IMG/VR virus record: IMGVR_UViG_3300027970_000038
Span: 1-52,390 of that record
Length of the DNA stretch: 52,390 bases
Origin: a virus
Lineage: Duplodnaviria > Caudoviricetes
Strand: one strand, 5' to 3'
Each line of letters begins with the position of its first letter. Position 1 is the first letter of the stretch. Of this stretch, positions 29,204-39,154 are shown in pieces. Made by a program: the position numbers and the translations under genes. The notes under the pieces are model-generated. The model did not search any database. It saw only the letters and a program-made list of their open reading frames with translations, and was not told the DNA's origin.

Positions 29204-30037
29204 ATGGAACAATATCATAATTTACTTAAGGACATTCTACGAAATGGTGAAGAGAAGACAGATCGTACTTCCGTCGGGACCATCAGCGTTTTTGGTAGGC
29301 AACTACGGTTTGATCTAGGAGAGGGTTTTCCTGCTATCACGACTAAGAAGTTAGCTTGGAAAGCAGTTGTAAGTGAACTTCTTTGGTTTTTAGAAGGAAG
29401 CGGTGATGAAAGACGTTTAGCTGAAATCTTGCATGGAACAAAGGATCCAGTTAATAGCACGATCTGGTCAGGAAATGCTACAGCTCCTTATTGGGAACCT
29501 AATGCTAAGTATCCAGGTGATCTAGGTAGGGTGTATGGGGTGCAATGGCGTAACTGGGGCGGAGTAGATCAGATCAAGAACTTGATTGATGGGATCAGAC
29601 AAGACCCTTATAGTCGTAGACACATACTCACTGCTTGGAATGTGGACGAACTTGATCAGATGGCATTGCCCCCGTGCCATGTCATGAGTCAGTACAGTGT
29701 GAGCAACAATGGCCGTTTAAGCTGCCACATGTATCAGAGAAGTTGTGATACTTATTTAGGAATTCCCTTTAATATCGCAAGTTATGCACTATTAACACAT
29801 ATGATTGCACAGGTATGCGGCTTGCATGTAGGCGAGTTGATTATCTCAACAGGTGATACTCATATATATTCTAACCACTTGCCTCAGGTAAAGGAACTAC
29901 TTTCTCGGACCCTATTCCCATCACCTACGCTTTGGTTGAACCCAAATGTTACTGAGATTGATGGGTTTAACATGGATGATATAAAACTACTAGATTACCA
30001 ATCTCATCCAGCACTGCCGGCTATTATGGCAGTATGA
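29204..30037 (+). CDS. thyA: Thymidylate synthase ThyA
   Basis: DRTSVGT, ELLWFL, YGVQWR, MALPPCH, YQRSCD, PFNIASY. Confidence 0.96.
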   Translation: MEQYHNLLKDILRNGEEKTDRTSVGTISVFGRQLRFDLGEGFPAITTKKLAWKAVVSELLWFLEGSGDERRLAEILHGTKDPVNSTIWSGNATAPYWEPNAKYPGDLGRVYGVQWRNWGGVDQIKNLIDGIRQDPYSRRHILTAWNVDELDQMALPPCHVMSQYSVSNNGRLSCHMYQRSCDTYLGIPFNIASYALLTHMIAQVCGLHVGELIISTGDTHIYSNHLPQVKELLSRTLFPSPTLWLNPNVTEIDGFNMDDIKLLDYQSHPALPAIMAV

Positions 30038-30270
30038 AGCAAGTTAATGTGCTTAACTTCAGGATCGACCTGTTTCGCGACGATGCCGAAATAGCAGCCG
30101 GTCTAACAGTAGGCCAATGGGAAAAGGGTGAGATGGGTAGCTGGTTGAAAGATAACAATGTAGAAATTTCATGGCATAAGGAAATTGATCATGCTTGTTT
30201 TGAATACCATTGTTGTGTTATCGCAAAGTTTACCCCTGAACTATACACTTTTTGGAGATTGAAGTTCTGA
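30034..30270 (+). CDS. Hypothetical protein
   Basis: 78 aa, ends TFWRLKF. Confidence 0.5.
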   Translation: MKQVNVLNFRIDLFRDDAEIAAGLTVGQWEKGEMGSWLKDNNVEISWHKEIDHACFEYHCCVIAKFTPELYTFWRLKF

Positions 30271-30467
30271 TGACACTTACCAGAGAACAAATTATCAATA
30301 ATATGTGTCTCACATATAGGCACGATTATGGACTCACTATCAGCGAAGACGACAGAATGTATACTCTTAACTCCGGCATGACCGAAAGAGAACGTGAGTC
30401 ATTATATCGTGATATGTCGAAAATATTTGATCATGATATTGCTCCATATATGGATTTCAAGCAGTGA
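30270..30467 (+). CDS. Hypothetical protein
   Basis: TREQIINNMCLTYRHDYGL; start set at ATG overlapping upstream TGA. Confidence 0.5.
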   Translation: MTLTREQIINNMCLTYRHDYGLTISEDDRMYTLNSGMTERERESLYRDMSKIFDHDIAPYMDFKQ

Positions 30468-31414
30468 GAATTCTAGTAACAGGTGGTATGGGGTTCATTG
30501 GGCACAATGTCGTGGCACAGTTAGAGCGTCTAGGACATGATGTCTTGACAATTGATAATTATACCAATTATGGTATCGTATCAAGCATCGAACTCACTGC
30601 ATTGGTGAAAGAACGAGCCAAAAAAGTAGATGCAATGTGTCATCCATATGATATTGTAGATCAAATCTCAGTAGATAGAACCTTCAGCGGATTCAAGCCA
30701 GATATAGTAATCCATCTAGCTAGTTTTCCTAGACAGAAAGCAGTCGGGCTTGATCCCAGTGCAGCTTCTCGCACAATGTCTGAAGGGTTGCTTACCCTAT
30801 GCGAAGTATCAGCTAAACATAAGGTTAAGCGTTTTGTCTACATCAGCAGCAGTATGGTATATGGTAATTTTGCCGATGGCACCAACGAACGCACACCATG
30901 CAATCCAATTGGTCAATATGGTATAATGAAGCTAGCAGGCGAAATGCTAGTCAAAGATTATGCTAACCGTGGCTGTTTTGACTACACGATCCTTCGGCCA
31001 AGCGCAGTGTATGGGCCATTAGATGTCAACGATAGAGTTATAGCCAAATTTATCATAGCTGCAATGCAAGATAAACTATTAGAAGTTAATGGACCAAACG
31101 AACGCCTGGACTTTACCTACGTAGAAGACACCGCCGCAGGCATCGTAGGAGCGTCACTGAGCGACACTGCGATGAATTATACATATAATATAACGCGCGG
31201 TGACGGAGTCTCGCTGCAAGAAGCAGCCTCAATCGTAACTACGATAGTAGGCAAAGGTAAATTAAAACTAGCAGACCGAGACAACACTTTTCCTAGCAGA
31301 GGTGCGTTAGACATCAGTGCTGCTCGCAGAGATTTCGGGTATAATCCTACAATGAATATTTCGGAAGGAATTCAGAGGTATTATGAATATCTCAATACCG
31401 CATTTTGGTCTTAA
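30464..31414 (+). CDS. NAD-dependent nucleotide-sugar epimerase/dehydratase
   Basis: TGGMGFIG, SSSMVYG, YGIMK, DFTYVED. Confidence 0.88.
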   Translation: MRILVTGGMGFIGHNVVAQLERLGHDVLTIDNYTNYGIVSSIELTALVKERAKKVDAMCHPYDIVDQISVDRTFSGFKPDIVIHLASFPRQKAVGLDPSAASRTMSEGLLTLCEVSAKHKVKRFVYISSSMVYGNFADGTNERTPCNPIGQYGIMKLAGEMLVKDYANRGCFDYTILRPSAVYGPLDVNDRVIAKFIIAAMQDKLLEVNGPNERLDFTYVEDTAAGIVGASLSDTAMNYTYNITRGDGVSLQEAASIVTTIVGKGKLKLADRDNTFPSRGALDISAARRDFGYNPTMNISEGIQRYYEYLNTAFWS

Positions 31415-32465
31415 GCGACAATATGTAAATCTTAAGGATGAGTTGCTTGAAGCAACTGATAATGTACTTCGTGAGGGTATACTAGTTGACGGCGAATACA
31501 CTCGTAAGTTTGAAACCTGGCTGGCTAGAAAAAACAAGTGCAATTACGCGATAGTAACACACAGTGGTACACAGGCATTAGAATTCATTGCTCAGTATGT
31601 TCGTTTTCGGGATTTATCTGATAACTCGACGAAACCCAAGATCATTCTTCCTAATCTATCATATCCTGCAACATTGAATGCATTTCTAAGCAATGGTTGG
31701 GAAGTAGAACTTAGCGATACTAACAAATACGGGTGTTTACCCGTTGACACTCTGGAAGACTTCTCTACCCTTCCGGGGGTGCATAATTATGTCTATCATT
31801 GTTATGTAGGACTATATGGGACAGAATCCCCACTTTACTTTAATAAGCGTACGATAGTAGACGGAGCACAACACTGGCTTTCAGCGTTCGGTAATATAGG
31901 TATGGGTATGGCAATTAGTTTTGATCCTACAAAAAATCTGAATGCATCTGGAAACGGCGGGGCAGTAGTTACACACGATAAAGGACTATTTGAGTTTGTA
32001 AACAAAGCAAAAGACAACGGAAAATCTGAATACGACTATCCCGGCACAAACTCCAAGATGAGCGAGATCGATTGCGCTCATCTTTTGGTCCGAACGCAAT
32101 ATATCGATGAATGGCAAGCAAGGCGCAAACAGATAGCAGAGATGTATCTGTCGGGGTTCGCTGGCCTTCCTATTAGATGTCTCTCAGAAGGGGCATATCA
32201 CCATTCATATCAAAAGTTTGTAATCTATACCAATGATCGAAACAACCTACATTCATACCTGAATGAACATGGGATTGTTACTAAGGTTCACTATCCATAT
32301 ACATTAAGTGAGCTTCCCGTTGCAGCTGGATTGGTAAAACCAGACATGATGAGTACCAGCGTGATGCTTAGTCGCGGCGTGCTTAGTCTTCCTATATATC
32401 CTGAACTTACTGACATTGAAGTGACTTATATAATTGATAAAATAAAGAAGTTTTATGATAGATAA
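31383..32465 (+). CDS. DegT/DnrJ/EryC1/StrS PLP-dependent sugar aminotransferase
   Basis: SGTQAL, VDGAQ, SFDPTKNL..GNGGA, LSLPIYP. Confidence 0.88.
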   Translation: MNISIPHFGLKRQYVNLKDELLEATDNVLREGILVDGEYTRKFETWLARKNKCNYAIVTHSGTQALEFIAQYVRFRDLSDNSTKPKIILPNLSYPATLNAFLSNGWEVELSDTNKYGCLPVDTLEDFSTLPGVHNYVYHCYVGLYGTESPLYFNKRTIVDGAQHWLSAFGNIGMGMAISFDPTKNLNASGNGGAVVTHDKGLFEFVNKAKDNGKSEYDYPGTNSKMSEIDCAHLLVRTQYIDEWQARRKQIAEMYLSGFAGLPIRCLSEGAYHHSYQKFVIYTNDRNNLHSYLNEHGIVTKVHYPYTLSELPVAAGLVKPDMMSTSVMLSRGVLSLPIYPELTDIEVTYIIDKIKKFYDR

Positions 32466-32506
32466 CGAAATTATAGAATTCGTACAGAGGTATAAATAAT
32501 AGTATC

Positions 32507-32956
32507 ATGTGGTTATTAACAATACTTCCCGTTCTATTCATTCATCTGATATTTTTGTCAGGTGTGATTCTTGTTGCAGCATCCTTTTTATTAAGGATGA
32601 TTCCGTTTATATATTCATATACAACTCTAATTAGGATAATAGGATTTCTCCTATTAGGAACCGGTTTATATCTCCAAGGAGGCCTTGCTTCTAAAGAAGC
32701 ACAGGCAATTCGAGTTGCTAAATTAGAAGTGCAATTAGCAGACGCGAGAACTAAAGCAGCAAAGGCAAACGTCGAAGTAGTCACTAGGTATGTCACTGAC
32801 ACTCAGGTCGTTACTAAAAAGGGAGACACCGTAATCAAGTATATACGTGATAACGCTCCTGCTATCGATGGTGAATGCACTATCTCGCCTGACGTAGTAC
32901 ATGCACACAATCTAGCTGCTGAGTTAAGCGGTGATTCGGAGCCTGATAAACCATGA
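32507..32956 (+). CDS. Rz-like inner-membrane spanin
   Basis: N-terminal TM helices, coiled coil, C-terminal C.I....V..HN; followed by lipoprotein. Confidence 0.65.
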   Translation: MWLLTILPVLFIHLIFLSGVILVAASFLLRMIPFIYSYTTLIRIIGFLLLGTGLYLQGGLASKEAQAIRVAKLEVQLADARTKAAKANVEVVTRYVTDTQVVTKKGDTVIKYIRDNAPAIDGECTISPDVVHAHNLAAELSGDSEPDKP

Positions 32957-33252
32957 AAAAAATAATTGTCATTGCTTGCTTTTTACTCGCTTCTTGTGCC
33001 CACACCGCAGTTCCAGTAACTACTACCTTTCCAGAAGCGCCAGAATTATTACGGCAAGATTGCGAAACCCTAACTCGCCTAGCTGAAAATGCCAAGCTCA
33101 GCGATGTAATGATTGCCATCACCGAAAACTATGTGAAGTACGCGAAGTGTAAGAAACAGAATCAAGCATGGAACGATTGGTACAACGAACAACAGAAGAT
33201 TTTCGACACCGCTACTAAGCCAAAACCATTTTGGTCATTCGGTAAGAAGTAA
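32953..33252 (+). CDS. Rz1-like outer-membrane lipoprotein spanin
   Basis: Signal peptide with LASC lipobox, Pro-rich FPEAP..C, NY..Y..C..W..W. Confidence 0.7.
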   Translation: MKKIIVIACFLLASCAHTAVPVTTTFPEAPELLRQDCETLTRLAENAKLSDVMIAITENYVKYAKCKKQNQAWNDWYNEQQKIFDTATKPKPFWSFGKK

Positions 33253-33300
33253 TAAACGGTAATCCGTTTGATAAATACTTCATAACGACGGAAGACCGAT

Positions 33301-33831
33301 ATGGCCATACAAGAAATTATCAATATAGGCACACTCCCGAACGATGGTGAGGGAGATCCGTTACGCGTTGCCTTTGCTAAAATCAACAATAACTTTGCAA
33401 ATCTATTCTATACTTACACAAATACAAGTAGTGCATATACTACAGGCAACACATCAGGTCAAGTGATATTCGAAACTGCGGCGAATACTTTCACTATGGG
33501 TGAGTTTTATATATATTCTGCTGATGTCGGACAGAGCCAGACTATTCAACTGTTTGCCCAGCTGAATACAGCAGGTAACGCTGTAAAGTTTACTGGACAT
33601 GGTTCTACTTTTTTCGGTAATGCGTTAGCAAGATACGACATGGATGTAGTAAACGGAAACGTCAGAGTCCTGTGTGATCCGTTGACGCCAAACATACTAT
33701 TTCATTTTATTGCTTCACAAAATATGTGGGCGGGTAACCCGATCGATGGGCTAGATATAGGATTAGACGGGTATGTAAGTGCAGTAATGACAACTGAAAC
33801 GAACATCGTTATAACGATAGAACAACCATAA
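33301..33831 (+). CDS. Virion protein with T4 gp9/gp10-like N-terminus
   Basis: INIGTLPNDGEGDPLRVAFAKINNNF motif. Confidence 0.7.
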   Translation: MAIQEIINIGTLPNDGEGDPLRVAFAKINNNFANLFYTYTNTSSAYTTGNTSGQVIFETAANTFTMGEFYIYSADVGQSQTIQLFAQLNTAGNAVKFTGHGSTFFGNALARYDMDVVNGNVRVLCDPLTPNILFHFIASQNMWAGNPIDGLDIGLDGYVSAVMTTETNIVITIEQP

Positions 33832-34238
33832 TGAGAGCCTGGGAATTTATTACAGAAGGCAAAAACCCCATTGACAGCGAAGATGGGTTAACTAGAGTAG
33901 CGATGTCACTCCCTAATACTTTTATTATTCCAAGTCTTAAGAATCAAGACTTCTACGAATTATATAGATTTGGGCTAGCGATTGCAGCAAGTCGCGCTGA
34001 AAACGGCCAGGATGACGGCGTCCAAAACAAGTTTAAGCACGAGTTTGAAGCAGAAAGTCTTTGGGGAGAGCATCAAGTTGTATCTTCGTTTGATCCAAAC
34101 ATCGGTGATCTTATCGACCAAGCACTAAAAAAAGTGAACAAGAGTGGTAAGAAAATGGTTAGCACCCCATCTAGCGACGAGTTGATGGATACCGGAAAAG
34201 AGTCAGTCTTGAAGCCTTTTAAAGGATATAAAAGATGA
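33831..34238 (+). CDS. Putative internal head protein
   Basis: N-terminal MRAWEFITE resembles T4 capsid-targeting sequence; ends KPFKGYKR. Confidence 0.5.
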   Translation: MRAWEFITEGKNPIDSEDGLTRVAMSLPNTFIIPSLKNQDFYELYRFGLAIAASRAENGQDDGVQNKFKHEFEAESLWGEHQVVSSFDPNIGDLIDQALKKVNKSGKKMVSTPSSDELMDTGKESVLKPFKGYKR

Positions 34239-34600
34239 GAGCGCATGAGTTCATTACTGAGACTAAAGGAAAACTATCTAAACGACAACAGCAATCTACC
34301 GTTGGGTTAAATACGTTCGCAGCAAGTCAATATGACCGAACATACGACTTAAACCGGGTAATGATGGCAGTAGCAGCAACTGATGGAAAAATTATCCCTA
34401 AACTAAACAGCGAGAGTTGGGCAGGAAAAAATAATACCGCACACCCCTATACTGAATTAGAACAAGATATGTTAAAAATAGCATATAAAACTGCCGGTAT
34501 ACCGTTCAAAGATTTGAATGATGGTGATTTGACTAGCAAAGAATTAAGTAGTACACAAAACCAAAGTCCTATCAAGCCCTTTAAGGGATATAAAAAATGA
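34235..34600 (+). CDS. Putative internal head protein (paralog of previous)
   Basis: MRAHEFITE start, Y.L.R...A.AA core, ends KPFKGYKK. Confidence 0.5.
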   Translation: MRAHEFITETKGKLSKRQQQSTVGLNTFAASQYDRTYDLNRVMMAVAATDGKIIPKLNSESWAGKNNTAHPYTELEQDMLKIAYKTAGIPFKDLNDGDLTSKELSSTQNQSPIKPFKGYKK

Positions 34601-34769
34601 AGAAGTTGGTTCGGGCCCGCAGCAGTTCGTACAACTATAAAAAAATAATACTTCATTTTAGCTAGTATAAGTAATTTTACGAAAACAATAATATGAACAT
34701 CGGCGACTGAGGCAATCACATTATGATGGCACTTTGACACCCAATTATATCTCCAAGAAAGAAAAATGC

Positions 34770-35459
34770 ATGATAGATATCAACCAAACACTAGACCTGG
34801 TAAAGCTCAAGTTTTATAACGAGTACATATATACTGCCCACATATATGCTGAAGGCGACAGTCAATTTCATCAAAGTCTCACCAAACAAGTAGTAGAAAC
34901 GTACATTGATCCACTGAATTTACCTAAGGATGCACACATTCTTGATTTGGGATGTGGACCGGGTTATTTTCTTGACGAGATGAAAAGCAGAGAATACACT
35001 AATCTAACTGGGGTAACATTAAGTCCTGAAGATGTCAACATCTGTGAGAGTAAAGGTCACACGATCAAAAAATATGATCTATCTTTCTTGCCACAAAAAG
35101 ACGGGTACTATGACGAATCAGTTGATTTCATCTTCCTTCGTCACGCTCTTGAACATTCACCCTATCCTGTCTTCTCATTGATGGAATATAATCGTATTCT
35201 TAAGCAAGGTTCGAAGATTTACATCGAAGTTCCTGCTCCCGACTGTGAACGACAGCATGAGGAAAACCTAAATCACTATTCTATTCTCGGTTCAAACCAA
35301 TTAGCAGCATTGCTACGCCGAACTGGATTCAATATCGATTTGTTCAACAACCTAGAGTTTGACCTTCATATCCCGACCGAAGATGGCGAAACTAAAAAGG
35401 TCACTGAAAAGTACTACTGTATAGTTGCTACTAAAGCAAGACCCCTAGATATTAAATAA
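34770..35459 (+). CDS. Class I SAM-dependent methyltransferase
   Basis: ILDLGCGPG, FLRHALEH, IYIEVP. Confidence 0.85.
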   Translation: MIDINQTLDLVKLKFYNEYIYTAHIYAEGDSQFHQSLTKQVVETYIDPLNLPKDAHILDLGCGPGYFLDEMKSREYTNLTGVTLSPEDVNICESKGHTIKKYDLSFLPQKDGYYDESVDFIFLRHALEHSPYPVFSLMEYNRILKQGSKIYIEVPAPDCERQHEENLNHYSILGSNQLAALLRRTGFNIDLFNNLEFDLHIPTEDGETKKVTEKYYCIVATKARPLDIK

Positions 35460-35499
35460 TAAGATAAATACTCTCATAGAAATATGAGAGTATTTTTTT

Positions 35500-35885
35500 A
35501 TGGCCGAGCCCGAACCATCGAATGTAGCGCCCTGGTATCTACGTAATATCAACCAAGCGTTAGAACTTAACGAAGATACCGGTCAGGTATTTGTTCGCAC
35601 TGGGTTTACGGGTAACATCATCATTACTGGTAACGTTAACATACCCGGCAACGTAGACGCACATATTTCAGAGATTGGCACATCCGGAAACTTAACGGTA
35701 CTGTGGTTTATGCAGGGTTAACTAGTAGTCGTGATGAAGTAGAAATTGGTGAAGATATAAAGAAAAGACTACAACTGTGGCGTTATGCTAACGGCACACC
35801 AAGCACTCTAACCCTTGCAGTTTCGTACACTGCGGGTAACGCAGATTTATTATATAAGTTTGGTTGGGAAGAACTTACAAACTAA
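35500..35885 (+). pseudogene. Two overlapping fragments, probably N- and C-termini of one internally deleted structural gene
   Basis: 73-aa and 60-aa ORFs in different frames; second ends TLTLAV..FGWEELTN like a protein C-terminus. Confidence 0.4.
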
Positions 35886-35893
35886 ATACTAGT

Positions 35894-36562
35894 ATGGCAA
35901 CAGTATCCACCTTAATCAAGGACCCCTACAAGAAAACGGTGTTCAAAAATCAACAGCAACTCGATGAGTTCCTCAAGTGCTGTGACCTAGACTCTGGTTA
36001 TCTGTATTTCATGGATAACTTCTTCTACATTCAGCATCCTACTAAAGGATCAATGATGTACCATCCTTGGGAATACCAAGAACGATTGATTGAAACCTAT
36101 CACAACTATCGTTTTAGTATTAGTCTCATGCCGAGACAAACCGGTAAAAGTACCAGTGCAGCCGGCTATCTACTATGGTATGCTATGTTCATTCCAGATT
36201 CAACTATTCTTATAGCTGCACACAAATATGCCGGTGCACAAGAAATCATGCAGCGTGTTCGCTATGCATATGAAAATTGCCCCGATCACATCAAAGCAGG
36301 AGTGACTACTTATAATAAAGGTTCAATAGACTTCGAGAATGGATCAAGAATCTTGAGTGCAACCACCACTGAAAATACCGGACGTGGTATGAGTATTTCA
36401 TTACTTTATTGTTTAGACGGTGATACAACTACAGTAAGAATTAGAAACAAGAATACATTATTAGAAGAAGATATCACGCTAAAAAACCTATATACAAGAA
36501 TGTATAATCCTGAAAATGTCCTCAATGACGAGTTTGGGTTTGTAGATAAAAAAGATAAATAA
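35894..36562 (+). CDS. terL: Terminase large subunit N-part fused to split intein N-fragment
   Basis: EYQ Q-motif, PRQTGKST Walker A, RGMSISLLY then CLDGDT intein start at 36410 (50-aa IntN). Confidence 0.92.
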   Translation: MATVSTLIKDPYKKTVFKNQQQLDEFLKCCDLDSGYLYFMDNFFYIQHPTKGSMMYHPWEYQERLIETYHNYRFSISLMPRQTGKSTSAAGYLLWYAMFIPDSTILIAAHKYAGAQEIMQRVRYAYENCPDHIKAGVTTYNKGSIDFENGSRILSATTTENTGRGMSISLLYCLDGDTTTVRIRNKNTLLEEDITLKNLYTRMYNPENVLNDEFGFVDKKDK

Positions 36563-36566
36563 ATCT

Positions 36567-37499
36567 ATGAATACTAAAATAGAAGAATTTATCCGAAGGT
36601 CGAAATACCGAAACGCGCATTTATATGATGATACCTTAGGAGAAGGCTATGATTATGTAATTTGCCCTGTTTCCAACGCCCGCATGAGTATGATTAAATC
36701 CTCATATATTGAGCGTATATTGGGAATGACAGTAGAAGAGTATGATGCGAAGTACCCCGGAGTTAAAAAGATAGCGCAAAAAAGAAAAGCTAATATAAGT
36801 GCAGGTCTTAAACAATTAGACCCGGATACCGGAAAAACAAAATACGAATTATCACAAGACAAAGCAAGAGCTAAGTTGGAATCTATTGGCCCAGACGGAC
36901 TTACTGGATACGAGCGCAAAGGTTTACAAACACGCGCAACTCATATGGCTAACATTGATGAATCAGGGCGCAACGGGTACCAGCGTCAAGCCTATAATAG
37001 AGTTACTACTGTTTTAGAAAATGGATTAACCGTAGAACAGAATGCTCATATAAAACTTAGACAAACCCTTTTAAAGCAGGGAATAACCAGAGTAGTAGGC
37101 GCAAGCAGAATATCAAAGAAAATATTGAAACCAATATTATATTACCTAGACGAACACCAAATTAAGTATTATTTTGATAAAACTGAATATGCTATCAACG
37201 ACGGTGAAGGCAACTATTACTATTACGATCTTACTATTCCGAATTTTAATATGGTAATAGAATACCAGTCTAATGCATGGCATGCCGATCCGTGCATTAC
37301 TGAAGATGCATGGAATAAATGGAAAACTCCGAAAGGACCGGTAAGAAATGCGGATCAGGTTTTAGCACGAGATTATAAAAAAGCTAAAGCCATATATGAA
37401 CAGCGGGGGTTCCGTACGTATTTTGTATGGGAAAACACTCAACAACAGGATATAGAAACTTTATTATGTTTGCTGAAAACACTGAATACGAAATATTAA
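36567..37499 (+). mobile_element. Free-standing Vsr/DUF559-like endonuclease between the terL halves
   Basis: YYYDLTI..VIEYQSNAWH..RD..K..GFRTYFVWE nuclease motif; own TAAATA promoter. Confidence 0.75.
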
Positions 37500-38827
37500 C
37501 ACCCTCAGGGTGGAAAGACTTTAAAGGAATAACCTTTTCAGGAAAAAAGACCACGTATAAAATTACTCTAACGAATGGTAAAACAGTTGATGCTACTGAG
37601 GCACATTTCTTTTTTAATGGTAAAAATAAAATACCGGTAAAAGAGTTAAATGTTTCGGACTATATTGATACTGTGGATGGACTTGAACAAATTATCGGCA
37701 TAAACGAACAAGAACAAACTGAAGTATATGATATCATAGAAGTAGAAGATGAACTACATAGATTTTTAGTAAATGACGGTATTATAACAAAAAATTGCGA
37801 TGAATTTGCGTTCGTCCGCCCTTCAATCGCTAAAGAATTTTGGACTTCTATCACACCCACGCTAGCAACTGGTGGTAAGGCGATCATCACATCAACCCCG
37901 AACTCAGACGAAGATCAGTTTGCTCTAATCTGGAAGATGGCTAACAAGACTGAAGATGAGTTTGGCAACACGACAGAAGTAGGGGTCAACGGCTTTAGAG
38001 CATATAGAGCATATTGGCACGAACATCCTGAACGTGATGAGAAGTGGGCAGAACAAATGCGTGCCCAGCTCGGTGATGATCGTTTCAACCGAGAGATAAA
38101 TTGCGAATTTATTATTGCGGACGAGACTCTGATAAATCCAAACACACTGATCATGCTTGAGGGTGTTGAGCCTATCAACCGAATGGGTCAGGTCCGCTGG
38201 TATAAAAAGCCCGAGAAGGGTAGGTTATACGTAGTTGCGCTGGATCCTTCCTTAGGTACCGGAGGCGATCCTGCTGCTATTCAAATATTTGAAGCAAGTA
38301 CTACTACGCAGATAGGTGAGTGGAAGCACAACAAGACTGATATCCCCAGTCAGATTAAGTTACTTGCTGAGATTTGTAAGTACATCGCAGAACAGACTTT
38401 GGAACCAAATAATATATATTACTCAATTGAAAATAATGGTATCGGTCAAGCTGCGATTGTTTCATTGAACGAGTATGGTGAATCAAATATATCCGGTATC
38501 TTTATTAGTGAGCCAGGTAAAGGTAGAAGAGGATTCACTACCACTAACAAACCTAAACTTGCCGCGTGTGCTAAATTCAAAACACTGCTAGAATCAAAGA
38601 AGATGTCTATTCATAGCCGATCACTCATCAGTGAACTTAAAGCGTTTGTAGCTTCTGGTGGAAGCTATGCGGCTAAAGTAGGAGACCATGACGATTTGAT
38701 AATGGCTTCACTATTAGCAGTTAGAATTATGACACAACTAGCGGATTATCACGGTGACTTAGAGAGCCAAATTCGTGACCATGATGACATTATCCTGCCT
38801 TTACCTTTCTTTGCAGTCATTTCTTAA
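37466..38827 (+). CDS. terL: Split intein C-fragment fused to terminase large subunit C-part
   Basis: MFAENT.ILTPSGW, TEAH block B, VYDI, ends ITKN/C (37795/37796) then DEFAF, ITSTPN, LDPS.G.GGD, HDDL. Confidence 0.92.
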   Translation: MFAENTEYEILTPSGWKDFKGITFSGKKTTYKITLTNGKTVDATEAHFFFNGKNKIPVKELNVSDYIDTVDGLEQIIGINEQEQTEVYDIIEVEDELHRFLVNDGIITKNCDEFAFVRPSIAKEFWTSITPTLATGGKAIITSTPNSDEDQFALIWKMANKTEDEFGNTTEVGVNGFRAYRAYWHEHPERDEKWAEQMRAQLGDDRFNREINCEFIIADETLINPNTLIMLEGVEPINRMGQVRWYKKPEKGRLYVVALDPSLGTGGDPAAIQIFEASTTTQIGEWKHNKTDIPSQIKLLAEICKYIAEQTLEPNNIYYSIENNGIGQAAIVSLNEYGESNISGIFISEPGKGRRGFTTTNKPKLAACAKFKTLLESKKMSIHSRSLISELKAFVASGGSYAAKVGDHDDLIMASLLAVRIMTQLADYHGDLESQIRDHDDIILPLPFFAVIS

Positions 38828-38987
38828 ACTTACACTTATCACCGTGGTATTTCTTGTAGTTACTGATACCCATTGTTTGTTCGCAATGTGGACAGGTCGT
38901 CATAATTTGCGTTGGTCGGGTACGGTTAGCTAATCGTTTCATGGGATTGTGGTTTACATCTTTCTTCCCAAAAGTTGTGCTTGTCAT
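38817..38987 (-). pseudogene. Homing-endonuclease remnant (CPHC zinc-finger tail)
   Basis: 56-aa ORF with TCPHC..NYKKYHGDKCK; preceded by 25-aa MTIYS fragment and a minus-strand TAAATA near 39131. Confidence 0.6.
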
Positions 38988-39154
38988 TATTTACCAGCAG
39001 CTGGCTTTCTTCTGATCTTCAAACAGTAGATTATACTGCGGTTATTAATTGAATAAATAGTCATAGCTAATACTTTTTCAAAGCACTAGCCGAATTGTTG
39101 AGTGTCGATCTGGTGCTCGCAACATTATTTATCACGGGAAGACTAAATAGTATT

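Noticed and set aside
34604-34650. preQ1-I riboswitch-like hairpin with A-rich tail (AGTTG..CAACT ATAAAAAAATAA)
   Set aside because: Lacks the ligand-pairing C before the 3' stem strand and the CUA tail; no queuosine gene downstream
36563-37465. Group I intron interrupting terL
   Set aside because: No room for a ribozyme core; flanking protein sequences carry intein N- and C-terminal motifs instead
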